From positions 7,293 through 71,292 of the forward strand of contig JBBIVX010000014.1 in assembly GCA_037439465.1 (NCBI GenBank): a stretch of 64,000 bases of DNA, in the 5' to 3' direction. The position numbers were made by a program, and so were the translations under genes. A model generated the notes under the pieces. It saw only the letters and a list, made by a program, of their open reading frames with translations, was not told the DNA's origin and searched no databases. Below, in pieces: positions 54,044 to 63,231 of this stretch. This DNA is from Hydrogenophilales bacterium (GTDB lineage: Bacteria; Pseudomonadota; Gammaproteobacteria; Burkholderiales; Thiobacillaceae). How positions within the stretch are numbered: position 1 is the stretch's first letter; every line of letters begins with the position of its first letter.

Positions 54044-56062
54044 GTGAAACCGACCCCCGCCAGAATCCTCATTTTCGCTCTGCTGACTGTGACGGCGCTG
54101 TTCGCCTACTCGTTACGCGGCGACCTCTCCGCCCTTTCCCAGCGCCTGCTATCCCAGGAGCGCAGCAAGTTCGAGGCTGCCCCCTTTCCCTACCGGAAGC
54201 TGACCTATCTCTATGACATGGGGGTGGTGGATGCCAACGGTGACGGACAGCTCGACCTGTACACCGCCAATCACAACTACCGCCAGGTACTGCTGTTGGC
54301 CGATGGGCGAGGCGGCTTCCATGATGTGCTGAGCGCGTGGGGACTGGACCAAAGCCGTGCGCTACCAGGTTCGGAACAGGCGCGCGAGGCGCCACAACTG
54401 GACCGCCCAGGGTTGTATATCTACTGGCAGGGCGATGTCCTCCACCTGGTGGCGCACCGCACCGAAGGGTTGGCGCCGATACAAGGCGCCATCCGGCTGT
54501 ACAATACGGTGGAAATCGTTGGCAGGGAAGGATTCGATGCCGACGTCAGCACCACACCCTCATCAACGCCGGGCGGCATCGCCGAGACCCTGCTGTCATT
54601 CAAGAGCGCCTCGCCCGGCCATTTGCGGCTCTATCTCTCCACCCGCGGCGCGCCGGTGCACTTCGATATCGATGCGCCTTGGGCGGCCGACCATGTCTAC
54701 GTAGGCGCCCAGCGCGTTACCCCGGCGGCACCGCAGCATTTCGAGCTGGCCCTGCTGGATCGGCACGCCCTCACCTGGGCCGATTACAACGACGACGGAC
54801 AACTGGATGTCTTCATCAACCGGGGCGCCCTGGGCGGCACCCTGCGGCGTTTTCCCGCACAGGTGCGACAAGGCGTCGGCGACGAGCTGCTGCTCAGCGA
54901 AGGCCCCGGCCGCTTTGCCGATCAGGCGCGCGCACTGGGCATCGAGAAGAAAGACTGCTCCGGGCGTCACGCCAGATGGGTGGACTTCGACCGCGACGGC
55001 CGCCTCGATCTGTACATCAATTGCCAAGACCGCGGCAAGGTGGCGGGAAGTTATTCCAAACAGTTCTACCGGCAGGAGCCGGATCACCGGCTGAGCGATA
55101 TCGCCGCGGCGGTCGGACTGGCCTTGCCGGAGCATCAGATCGTAGACCTGGTCTGGTTCGACGTGGATGGCGATGGCTGGGTGGACCTCTTTACGCATGA
55201 GGACACCGGCTATTACGTCTACAGAAATCGTCAGGGCCGTTTCGAGCGCAGTTTCGTCGCCCGAGGCCCGTTTCACCGCGCAGACGTAGTGGGGCTCACC
55301 GGCGAGACCACCGATTATTGGCAATTCGACGGCAAGCTGAGCGTGGCCGACTTCGATGCGGATGGCGACCTGGACGTCTTCATGGCCTCCAAAAAGGGCA
55401 ATGGTCTTTTGATCAACGACGGTGGCCGGTTCAAGTACGTGCCACCCGCCACCCTGGGCCTGCCGCGCGAGTCGGTGGCCGCCCAATGGGTGGATTACGA
55501 CAACGACGGCCGCATGGACCTACACACCGTGCCCCAGGGTCTGTACCGGCAGGGCGACAAATCGCATTTCGTGGCGACAGGCATGTTCCGCCTGCTGGAC
55601 AACAAGTACCAGGCGGCCATCATCAACTGGTTCGACCGCGACAACGACGGCCGGCTCGATCTCGTCATGGCCCTGCAAGACAACGCCACCCTGTGGCGCT
55701 GGTGGGAAAAACCGTTCAAGCACAATGACGTGAAGGGCGAGGATGACCGCTTTGACTGGGCCATCCAGAGTTACCGCAACATCGGCCCCGGCGGCCACTG
55801 GCTGCAAGTCGCGCTGCAGGGCCAGCCAGGCAACCGTCAGGCCATCGGTGCGCAGGTTACGGTCACCACCCAGGCTGGCCGCCAGACCGCCCAGGTCGGC
55901 GCTCACGACGGGGCCTACTCCTCCCAGGGGCACTACCGTTTGTATTTTGGTCTGGGTCCGGCCACGCACGCCAGACTGCAAATCCAATGGCCCGACGGCA
56001 AGATTCAAGAGATCGGCGACGTCGCCGCCGACCGGCTGTTGCCCATTGCCTACCCGAAATGA
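54044..56062 (+). CDS. FG-GAP/VCBS-repeat protein with C-terminal ASPIC/UnbV domain (CRTAC1 family)
   Basis: 672 aa with a GTG start and an AAAGGA Shine-Dalgarno candidate. N-terminal anchor. At least seven D-x-D/N-x-D-G-x-x-D repeats (DANGDGQLDLY, DYNDDGQLDVF, DFDRDGRLDLY, DVDGDGWVDLF, DFDADGDLDVF, DYDNDGRMDLH, DRDNDGRLDLV). Tail AIGAQVTV...YSSQGHYRLYFGLG. Confidence 0.85.
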   Translation: MKPTPARILIFALLTVTALFAYSLRGDLSALSQRLLSQERSKFEAAPFPYRKLTYLYDMGVVDANGDGQLDLYTANHNYRQVLLLADGRGGFHDVLSAWGLDQSRALPGSEQAREAPQLDRPGLYIYWQGDVLHLVAHRTEGLAPIQGAIRLYNTVEIVGREGFDADVSTTPSSTPGGIAETLLSFKSASPGHLRLYLSTRGAPVHFDIDAPWAADHVYVGAQRVTPAAPQHFELALLDRHALTWADYNDDGQLDVFINRGALGGTLRRFPAQVRQGVGDELLLSEGPGRFADQARALGIEKKDCSGRHARWVDFDRDGRLDLYINCQDRGKVAGSYSKQFYRQEPDHRLSDIAAAVGLALPEHQIVDLVWFDVDGDGWVDLFTHEDTGYYVYRNRQGRFERSFVARGPFHRADVVGLTGETTDYWQFDGKLSVADFDADGDLDVFMASKKGNGLLINDGGRFKYVPPATLGLPRESVAAQWVDYDNDGRMDLHTVPQGLYRQGDKSHFVATGMFRLLDNKYQAAIINWFDRDNDGRLDLVMALQDNATLWRWWEKPFKHNDVKGEDDRFDWAIQSYRNIGPGGHWLQVALQGQPGNRQAIGAQVTVTTQAGRQTAQVGAHDGAYSSQGHYRLYFGLGPATHARLQIQWPDGKIQEIGDVAADRLLPIAYPK

Positions 56063-58074
56063 ACACCCAGCCGCTCATGGACACGCTGCATCTCACCCTG
56101 GATGAATTGTTCTCGACCTCCGCTGCCCTGCCCGCCGCACAGGATCGCCAAGTTTGGGGAATGCGGCGCCACACCGCTTCACCGGCCACGGGGGTCAGCG
56201 TGCTCATCGATCGTTTCGCCGACCGTCCCGATGCCCAGTGCATCTTTCTGCGTACCGATGCGACGGCCGCCAAGGTCCTCCGTCTCGGCGTGCAGGGGGG
56301 CCATAAAGTGGAAGCCGCCGCCGGGAGCGGCTGGCGGCTGAGTCCCAGCGGCCAAGAAGGACCCTCCTATTGGCTGCCGCAACCGCCCATATTGCGTACC
56401 CAGGACAAGCAAGGCCATATCCTCAACGAGCGCGCGGCCGCGCTCACCCATCTGGATGTCTCCGCCGATGGATTGGCAGTAAACCTCGATCTACCCGCCG
56501 ACGGCAGTCTTGACTGGATCATCTGGCGGTTCGGACCGGGGCAGGGTGACTTGTCCACAGGACTGGAATCGTCCCTGGCACTGGAGCGCCAGAGTTATTT
56601 TCTGTGGGGATCCAAAGTCAACGTGCGCCTGCCCGCCGGCCTTTATCATTTCCTGATCCATGGTCGTATCTATACCGACGATTTCGTCTGGCCGCGAAAC
56701 TGGAAATTCCTCTCTGAACTTGACGCTTACGGCCTGTTCAAAGCCCTCACCGGCCTCGAAGTCGCCACTGGCAAGGCGCTCTATGGCCTGCTCCGGCGGC
56801 AGGTGCTCTATTCCGTTCTCGACGCCCAGGCCGAGGATGGCGGCTGGCGGCACGGTGAATGGACGGACCTCATGGAGACGCACCTGCGCTTGCACAACGC
56901 CGCCATGCTGTTGCTGGAGGCGGGCCTGGAGGAATCGGGCGACGTTACAATCCGGACCTCTCTGGAGCGGGCGGCGGCCTTTCTCGCCAAACACACCGAC
57001 CGCACGGACCTGGGCGCCTGGTTCCTGCATGACTCCCTGGAGACAAGCGCCGAAAACATGGAGATCATGCGGAAGCAGACCAGGACACCCTGGATACCCA
57101 GCCGCACCTTGGGCAAGTCCCCCTGCACCAAGCTGATTCTGAACACGCACCTGGACGCCATCGTCACCATGGACCGTTATCGCGCGCTCACCGATGACCG
57201 CCAATATGACGCCTTGTTAGACTCGGCCCGTGCCGCCGCCAGCAAGATTCTGGCGCTCAGGCCGGCCGAGCCCCTCTATCGCTTCCTCTACAAATTGATC
57301 GCGCTCACCCTGCTGCCCAGAGCGCGGGGCATCGCCCTGCCCTGGCCACTGCGCGCCCTCAAGCGCCTGACATGGATGTACCTGTGGCCCAACATGCATC
57401 GGGTCAAGCGCCTCTGGCCGCGTCTGGTCATGCCCTGTGGGCTTATCGAGCGGCACATCGCCCCCCTGCACTTCGACCTCAATTACCACCCGGTCAACGT
57501 GATGGATGTCGTCCGTTACTGGCGCCGTTTCCCAGGGGAAAATCTTTCGCGCCTGATCGACAACGCACTGCGGCCGGTGCAAACCCTGGATCTGCTGCAA
57601 TACTGGACCGAGGCCACGAACCGACAGTTCGCCATCGTCGTGTGGGCCGAGGCCCTGTACCATTTGTGCCTGTTGAAAACCGACGGCGACCTGCGCAGGC
57701 AACTCGCACAATCCATGCTGTGTGCGGCACACAACGAATTGGGCCTGCCTGCCGCGCTGCTGGGCGCCGATGCCGAATCGGCACCTCTGCAAGACCGCCA
57801 TCCCTGCCCGTCGCCCACCGATCCCCGCCTGCGGGTGGCCAACCTGTCGCACGGCACATGGCGGGAAATTCTGGTAGTCAACCCTGGCGATGTTAAGATC
57901 GAACTCGCCTGGGAGGCCAACCACCCAGGCGAGGGAGTCATATGGTTCGACGAGACGGGCCAGCGTTTGAGTGACGATGGCCTGGCGCGCGGCATCACCG
58001 CCGGGGGCTGGGTGCTGGGCAGGGCAGGGCGGTTCGGACCGACAATAATGGAAAACATGGAGATACACGCATGA
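56059..58074 (+). CDS. Hypothetical protein with possible alpha/alpha-toroid fold; weak resemblance to the D-glucuronyl C5-epimerase C-terminal domain
   Basis: 671 aa. ATGA overlap with the upstream gene. Blocks GGWRHGEWTDLMETHLRLHNAAMLLLEAG, AWFLHDSLE, KLILNTHLDAIVTMDRY and LNYHPVNVMDVV line up loosely with remembered GLCE blocks (GWYSAMAQGQAIS; WYEEY; VLNGFMYSLIGLYD; WDYHTTHINQL). Confidence 0.5.
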   Translation: MNTQPLMDTLHLTLDELFSTSAALPAAQDRQVWGMRRHTASPATGVSVLIDRFADRPDAQCIFLRTDATAAKVLRLGVQGGHKVEAAAGSGWRLSPSGQEGPSYWLPQPPILRTQDKQGHILNERAAALTHLDVSADGLAVNLDLPADGSLDWIIWRFGPGQGDLSTGLESSLALERQSYFLWGSKVNVRLPAGLYHFLIHGRIYTDDFVWPRNWKFLSELDAYGLFKALTGLEVATGKALYGLLRRQVLYSVLDAQAEDGGWRHGEWTDLMETHLRLHNAAMLLLEAGLEESGDVTIRTSLERAAAFLAKHTDRTDLGAWFLHDSLETSAENMEIMRKQTRTPWIPSRTLGKSPCTKLILNTHLDAIVTMDRYRALTDDRQYDALLDSARAAASKILALRPAEPLYRFLYKLIALTLLPRARGIALPWPLRALKRLTWMYLWPNMHRVKRLWPRLVMPCGLIERHIAPLHFDLNYHPVNVMDVVRYWRRFPGENLSRLIDNALRPVQTLDLLQYWTEATNRQFAIVVWAEALYHLCLLKTDGDLRRQLAQSMLCAAHNELGLPAALLGADAESAPLQDRHPCPSPTDPRLRVANLSHGTWREILVVNPGDVKIELAWEANHPGEGVIWFDETGQRLSDDGLARGITAGGWVLGRAGRFGPTIMENMEIHA

Positions 58075-58841
58075 TCATTTCCCATTCCAGGAAATTCATC
58101 TTCGTCAAATCGCTGAAGACGGCAGGCACCAGCATCGAGGCGGCCCTATCCAACTATTGCAGCGGTAACGACGTAGTCGTGCCGATCGGCGATTTCGGCC
58201 ACAACCGCGATGCGAAGGGCGGGATCGTGCATCGCGGCATGAACGCCGACGAGGTCTACCGCATGATCGGCCAGCATGTTGATGCCCCCACGATCAGGGA
58301 CCGGGAGCCGGCGGAGGTGTGGAACGGCTACTTCAAGTTCAGCATCACCCGCAATCCCTGGGACCGTGCCCTGTCCTATTTTTTCTGGGACCGGCGCAAG
58401 GATCCGGCCATGAAGCCGCGCAAGCGCTTCTACCATTATCTGGGCGTACCCCTGGATGAGTTTGGCGCGGTGAAAGGCCTTTTCACCGATTTCATCCGGA
58501 ACAAGACCCTCACAGGCGACGACCGCTTCTACGTCAACGACGGCGAGAAACGCTACCGCGTCCCGGCCGAGGGCTTCCTGGAAAACAACGACCGCTTTTA
58601 TGTCGAGGACGGCCGCTTATGCGTCGATTTCGTCATCCGCTATGAACGCCTGCAGGAGGATTTCCATACCGTGTGCGAGCGGGTGGGCATACATCCGACC
58701 CCTCAACTTCCGCAGTTGAAAACCGGCATTCGTATGGGGGGACATCATTACACCGAATATTACGACGACCGCGCCCGTGACATCGTTGGCGAGCTGCACG
58801 AGAACGACATCCGCCTGCTCGGCTATCAATTCGGCCGCTGA
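58071..58841 (+). CDS. Sulfotransferase family 2-like protein
   Basis: 256 aa. PAPS 5'-phosphosulfate loop FVKSLKTAGTSIE. 3'-phosphate motif TRNPWDRALSYFFW. C-terminal YERLQEDF...YYDD pattern typical of bacterial carbohydrate sulfotransferases. Confidence 0.8.
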   Translation: MIISHSRKFIFVKSLKTAGTSIEAALSNYCSGNDVVVPIGDFGHNRDAKGGIVHRGMNADEVYRMIGQHVDAPTIRDREPAEVWNGYFKFSITRNPWDRALSYFFWDRRKDPAMKPRKRFYHYLGVPLDEFGAVKGLFTDFIRNKTLTGDDRFYVNDGEKRYRVPAEGFLENNDRFYVEDGRLCVDFVIRYERLQEDFHTVCERVGIHPTPQLPQLKTGIRMGGHHYTEYYDDRARDIVGELHENDIRLLGYQFGR

Positions 58842-58871
58842 CCTCACCCGCCAACTCTCCTGGACAACGAC

Positions 58872-59747
58872 ATGACCCAACTACTCCGCTCGGCAGTCAT
58901 CGGTCTGGCGGGCGGCCTGCTTCTGGCCCTGCCCGCCGCAGCCCTGGCCCTGGCGTCGGACACCTCCCTGGCCACGGCGATCTCCCTGGCGCTGGCCTTC
59001 GCCGGCGGTATTACGCTTTTACACTATTGGAAAACCCTACAAGCGCAGATGCACTACCAGGGGCTTGCACAACTTCACCATCGGCTCGACCGCATCGCCG
59101 AGCAGATCGCAGAAACCCAGGGTCTGGTGCAGCTCACCCCCTACGAGCATCCCTATCCCATGCCCTTCGGCGGTGGCTGGGCGCTCACCGCCGATGCTGC
59201 CGCGCTGCTTGCGCGCGAGGTCGCGCTGAACCGGCCGCACATCATCGTCGAGCTGGGTTCGGGCGTGTCCTCCGTGCTCCTCGGCCGCCTGCTCAAGGAA
59301 ATGGGCGAGGGCAAGGTCTACTCCCTGGATCACGACGCCAACTGGGCAGAACAGACCCGCCGGCATGTGCGCGCCAGTGGCATTGCAGAATACGTCGAAG
59401 TCCTGGATGCCCCCCTGTCCAGGCAGCGCTTCGCCGACCACGAGTATGACTGGTACACCGTACCCGAAGCGGTGCGTCGTCTGCCTGCCATCGATCTGCT
59501 CATCGTCGATGGTCCACCCGCGGCCCTCGAACCCGAGGGCACGCCGCGCTACCCAGCCCTGCCGGCCTTTCTCGCCCAGCTCTCGCCACAGGCGGTCATC
59601 TACGTGGACGACGCCAAACGTCCGCAGGAACAGGCCATGCTCGCACGCTGGCTGCAAGAAAATCCCGCCTTCGAACAGCGTATGCACGACACCGTGCCGG
59701 GCACCTGTCTGCTCCGACGGGACATCTACCGCGCGAACCAACCATGA
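58872..59747 (+). CDS. Membrane-anchored class I SAM-dependent methyltransferase-like protein
   Basis: 291 aa. Two N-terminal TM helices. Motif I IVELGSGVSSVLLG. LLIVDGP plus YVDDA, as in Methyltransf_24-type O-methyltransferases. Confidence 0.6.
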   Translation: MTQLLRSAVIGLAGGLLLALPAAALALASDTSLATAISLALAFAGGITLLHYWKTLQAQMHYQGLAQLHHRLDRIAEQIAETQGLVQLTPYEHPYPMPFGGGWALTADAAALLAREVALNRPHIIVELGSGVSSVLLGRLLKEMGEGKVYSLDHDANWAEQTRRHVRASGIAEYVEVLDAPLSRQRFADHEYDWYTVPEAVRRLPAIDLLIVDGPPAALEPEGTPRYPALPAFLAQLSPQAVIYVDDAKRPQEQAMLARWLQENPAFEQRMHDTVPGTCLLRRDIYRANQP

Positions 59748-61048
59748 AGATATTCGGTATCGGCCTCTCCAAGACCGGCACCAGCAGCCTGGCCCACGCC
59801 CTGGAGATATTGGGCTACAAGACGCGGGACTATCCGGGCATCGAACGCTATGCGCCCGGCGACATCACCTGCGTCGACCCGGCCCTGTTGCGGGACAACG
59901 ACGCCCTCACCGATACGCCCATCCCCAGCTACTATCGAGAGCTCGACCGGGCCTATCCGGGGTCGAAGTTCATCCTCACTGTGCGGGCGCGGGAGGGGTG
60001 GCTCAAGTCCTGCCAAAAGCAGTTCACCGAGAAACTCGCCGCGAAGCAGAACGAGGCCCACAACCGTCTGTTCATGGACCTCTACGGCACCACGGTATTC
60101 GATACGGTGAAGTTCGGCACCGGCTATGAGCGCTTTGTCGCAAGGGTGTTGGAGTATTTCAAGGACCGCCCCGATGACCTGCTGATCCTCGACGTCACCG
60201 GCGGCGAGGGCTGGGAAAAACTCTGTCCCTTCCTCGGCAAGCCAATCCCCGATCTACCTTTCCCCAAGGCCAACGTAACGCGCATCCGTTGGATGGACAT
60301 CAACGCCTTGGTCCGCCTGGCCAAAGAAGCCGGCGCGGTGCTCCTGCGAGCACATGTCGCTCTGCAACCGGATGCCCGACGCCTCGCCTGGCACGAACGT
60401 ATTGCCACGCTACCGCGCCGGGTCATCTACAGGCTCAAAGGCGGTCGGCCCCATGTCCTGCGGGCTGCCACCGAAACCGCCCACGGCCTGCTGGCGCAGG
60501 GTCTGACTCGCCTCAACCCGGACATTCCTGTCATTACCAGCCGCCACCATGACGTGCCCTATGCGGAGCGATGCAAGTGGAACCACTTCTGGCTGGTGGA
60601 CGCCTTGGATGGGGAGGCGGGATTTGCCGCCGATGCGGGGGAATACACCATAGACATCGCCCTGATCGAGGATGGGCAGCCCATCGCCGGCGTGGTCTAC
60701 GCGCCTCTGTCCGGCACCGCCTACTACGCCATGGTGGGCAAGGGCGTCTACAGATCTGTGGGGGAAGGTCCGCCAATGCGACTGGGTCAGGCCGCCGCCC
60801 TGCCGACGACCACAGCCACGCCGGCCGCCGCGTCCGCCAGCAAGGCGCTGGCCCTGTGCCGGCGGCTGGAGCCGGGCATGGCCCCGGCCCCCGATCTGTC
60901 CGGCAGCATGGAATGGCACAGCGCCGCCGCCCAGGCCGTGGCCCGTCTGGCCGGACGCCGTATCGTCGTCGGCCAGGACGGTCAGGAACTCGGGTACAAC
61001 AAGGTCGACTGGGCCAACCCTGGCATTCGGGTCGCAGAGTCGCCATGA
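59744..61048 (+). CDS. Fusion protein: N-terminal sulfotransferase domain plus C-terminal CysQ/inositol-monophosphatase-like (PAP phosphatase-like) domain with altered metal-binding residues
   Basis: 434 aa. N-terminal KIFGIGLSKTGTSSLAHAL P-loop (Sulfotransfer_4 type). The C-terminal LNPDIPVITSRHHD...WLVDALDGEAGF...YTIDIALIEDGQPIAGVVYAP...MEWHSAAAQAV is colinear with E. coli CysQ LTPDVPVLSEED...WLVDPLDGTKEF...FTVNIALIDHGKPILGVVYAP...IWDTAAGHAV. Confidence 0.75.
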   Translation: MKIFGIGLSKTGTSSLAHALEILGYKTRDYPGIERYAPGDITCVDPALLRDNDALTDTPIPSYYRELDRAYPGSKFILTVRAREGWLKSCQKQFTEKLAAKQNEAHNRLFMDLYGTTVFDTVKFGTGYERFVARVLEYFKDRPDDLLILDVTGGEGWEKLCPFLGKPIPDLPFPKANVTRIRWMDINALVRLAKEAGAVLLRAHVALQPDARRLAWHERIATLPRRVIYRLKGGRPHVLRAATETAHGLLAQGLTRLNPDIPVITSRHHDVPYAERCKWNHFWLVDALDGEAGFAADAGEYTIDIALIEDGQPIAGVVYAPLSGTAYYAMVGKGVYRSVGEGPPMRLGQAAALPTTTATPAAASASKALALCRRLEPGMAPAPDLSGSMEWHSAAAQAVARLAGRRIVVGQDGQELGYNKVDWANPGIRVAESP

Positions 61049-62151
61049 ACCCCGATAAAAGTATTTACGCCCGTTTCACCGGCCCGGAGATATTTCTGGA
61101 ACAGGGGCGGCTGCTCTTCTCTCTGTTGCATGTCTTCGCCAATTCTGGATACCGGATCAGCCTGTTCAATTACCTGGGCGACAAGCCGCTGGAAAAATAC
61201 GGGCAGATGTTCCACACCCTTGCTGGCCTGACATTGACCGACAGCCCGCCCGCGGCCACTGCGGACAGCTACTACCTCTACGACCAAGCCGACAGCGCCC
61301 TGGCCAAACTCCCCTGGCGGAAGCAGATCCAAGTCCGCTTCGATTTGTTCTCCCCATTCTGGTTTTCCAACCCCATCATCATGCCGTTTCCCATGCACCC
61401 CATGCAGTCTGGCGTCACGCATGACGACCTGGAGGCGCTCCGGACCAGCGAACGCAGGGTCAAGGTCTTCTTTTCCGGCGACACCGAGCACTATCGGCGC
61501 GTCTGGATCCGCTATCCCAAGCCCAAGCTGCCGCGGGAGGCGATAATCCGCGCCGTCATGGAGCGCCTCGCCGACGACCTCATCCTGCTCGACGATGCCC
61601 TTGATCTGGCCAGGCTATACCGTGCCGGGTACACCAACAAATGTGCCTTCACCGCTTCGAGCGCCGTGCGTATCGAGTTTGCCGACTGGCTACCCACCCT
61701 GGCGCGGGCGGATTTTTTCCTCAGCCCGCCGGGTATCGTCATGCCTATGTGCCACAACATCACCGAGGCCATGGCGGTGGGCACCATCCCCATCACCAAC
61801 TACCCTGAGTGGCTCGATCCGCCCCTGCGGCCTGGGCACGATTGCCTGGTCTTCGACGATGAGGACGACCTTATCGCCACGCTCAAAACGGCCTTGGCGA
61901 TGGAAACCGGGCAGATCGCGACGATGCGGGCCCATGTGCTGGATTACTACGAAACCCATCTCAGACCCGAAGGCTTCGTCGGCCGCATCGAATCCAGTCC
62001 GGACAGGAATCTGCCCATCCTGATGTACACGGAGCGCAACGTGGCAAAACACGCGGCCAGACTCAACCGCCACGCCATCCTCATGCAGGGCACCACCCGT
62101 CCGCGGGCGGGTGGCGGCTTCAAGCGGATGCTGGCCGCTTACCTGGGATGA
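61045..62151 (+). CDS. Exostosin-like (GT47-type) or related GT-B glycosyltransferase
   Basis: 368 aa from an ATG that overlaps the upstream stop (ATGA). VFFSGD...ADFFLSPPGIVMPMCHNITEAMAVGTIPI...CLVFDDEDDL resembles the exostosin signature FCL-P-G...R..EA...GCIPV. Confidence 0.5.
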   Translation: MNPDKSIYARFTGPEIFLEQGRLLFSLLHVFANSGYRISLFNYLGDKPLEKYGQMFHTLAGLTLTDSPPAATADSYYLYDQADSALAKLPWRKQIQVRFDLFSPFWFSNPIIMPFPMHPMQSGVTHDDLEALRTSERRVKVFFSGDTEHYRRVWIRYPKPKLPREAIIRAVMERLADDLILLDDALDLARLYRAGYTNKCAFTASSAVRIEFADWLPTLARADFFLSPPGIVMPMCHNITEAMAVGTIPITNYPEWLDPPLRPGHDCLVFDDEDDLIATLKTALAMETGQIATMRAHVLDYYETHLRPEGFVGRIESSPDRNLPILMYTERNVAKHAARLNRHAILMQGTTRPRAGGGFKRMLAAYLG

Positions 62152-62259
62152 CGGCCATGCACGCGGCCAGTCGAATCACCAGTGCGCCGGCGGCGTTATT
62201 GGATAAGTCGGGAAAAGGCGCATTACTTAAATGTAAATGCTCGCGAGGGATCGTCGTCC

Positions 62260-63231
62260 ATGAATGAGACAACCCCGGTCTCCGCTTCGACGGAGCGCCC
62301 CCTCATCTCGGTGGTCATGCCGTGCTACAACGCCGCACCCTATGTGGCGGAAGCGGTGGAGTCCGCGCTTGGCCAAAGTCATGGCAACGTCGAACTCTTC
62401 GTGGTGGACGACGGTTCCACCGATGACTCGGACGCGATCCTCGCCCGGCTGGCCGAAGCCCACCCCGGTCGTCTGCATTTACTCTACACGGCCCACCTCG
62501 GGCCTTACCCTGCCCGCAACGAAGCCCTCAGGAAGGTGCGCGGCGAATTCATCGCCTTCCTGGATGCCGACGACTGGTGGCTGCCCGACGCTCTGGAGAA
62601 GCTCTATGCGGCCCTCGACCAGCATGGCGCTGACATCGCCTATTGCGGCTGGCAGAACGTCGGCGAGGGCATCCACTCTGCGCCCCATGTGCCGCCGGCC
62701 TACGAGGAGGAAGACGTCGTCGCCCATTTCGTCCGCACCTGCCCCTGGCCCATACATGCCGCACTCATCCGGCGCACCATCGTGGAACGCGTGGGTGGCT
62801 TCTCCGAGCGGTGCTACGCCTCCATGGATTATGACTTCTGGCTGCGCGCCCTGGCCCTCACCCGGCGCATCAAGCGGGTCCCCGAAGTCCTCGCCTTCTA
62901 TCGCTGGCACAACCAGGGGCAGATCTCCGCGGTGAAATGGCGCCAGGTGCTCGATGCCCTCGATGCCCAGCAGGCCTTCATCCGCCAGAACCCGCAACTG
63001 GTTGCGCATCTATCGGAGGCGCGCCTGGGCGAGCTCACCGAAGGTCAGGTCTTGCAGCAGGCCTACCGCGCCTTCTGGAAGCGCGATCTCGTCTCCGCTC
63101 AGAAGCTGTTTCGCCATGCGGCCAGGAATGGCGCCTATCACCTGCAGGACCTCTTCCATATACTGGCCGCGCTACTCCCCATGCCACTGTTCCAGGGCCT
63201 GGTCATGATCGCCGACTGGAAAAAACTCTGA
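62260..63231 (+). CDS. Family 2 glycosyltransferase
   Basis: 323 aa from MNETTPV. ISVVMPCYNAAPYV, VVDDGSTD, FLDADDWW (DxD). Confidence 0.88.
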   Translation: MNETTPVSASTERPLISVVMPCYNAAPYVAEAVESALGQSHGNVELFVVDDGSTDDSDAILARLAEAHPGRLHLLYTAHLGPYPARNEALRKVRGEFIAFLDADDWWLPDALEKLYAALDQHGADIAYCGWQNVGEGIHSAPHVPPAYEEEDVVAHFVRTCPWPIHAALIRRTIVERVGGFSERCYASMDYDFWLRALALTRRIKRVPEVLAFYRWHNQGQISAVKWRQVLDALDAQQAFIRQNPQLVAHLSEARLGELTEGQVLQQAYRAFWKRDLVSAQKLFRHAARNGAYHLQDLFHILAALLPMPLFQGLVMIADWKKL

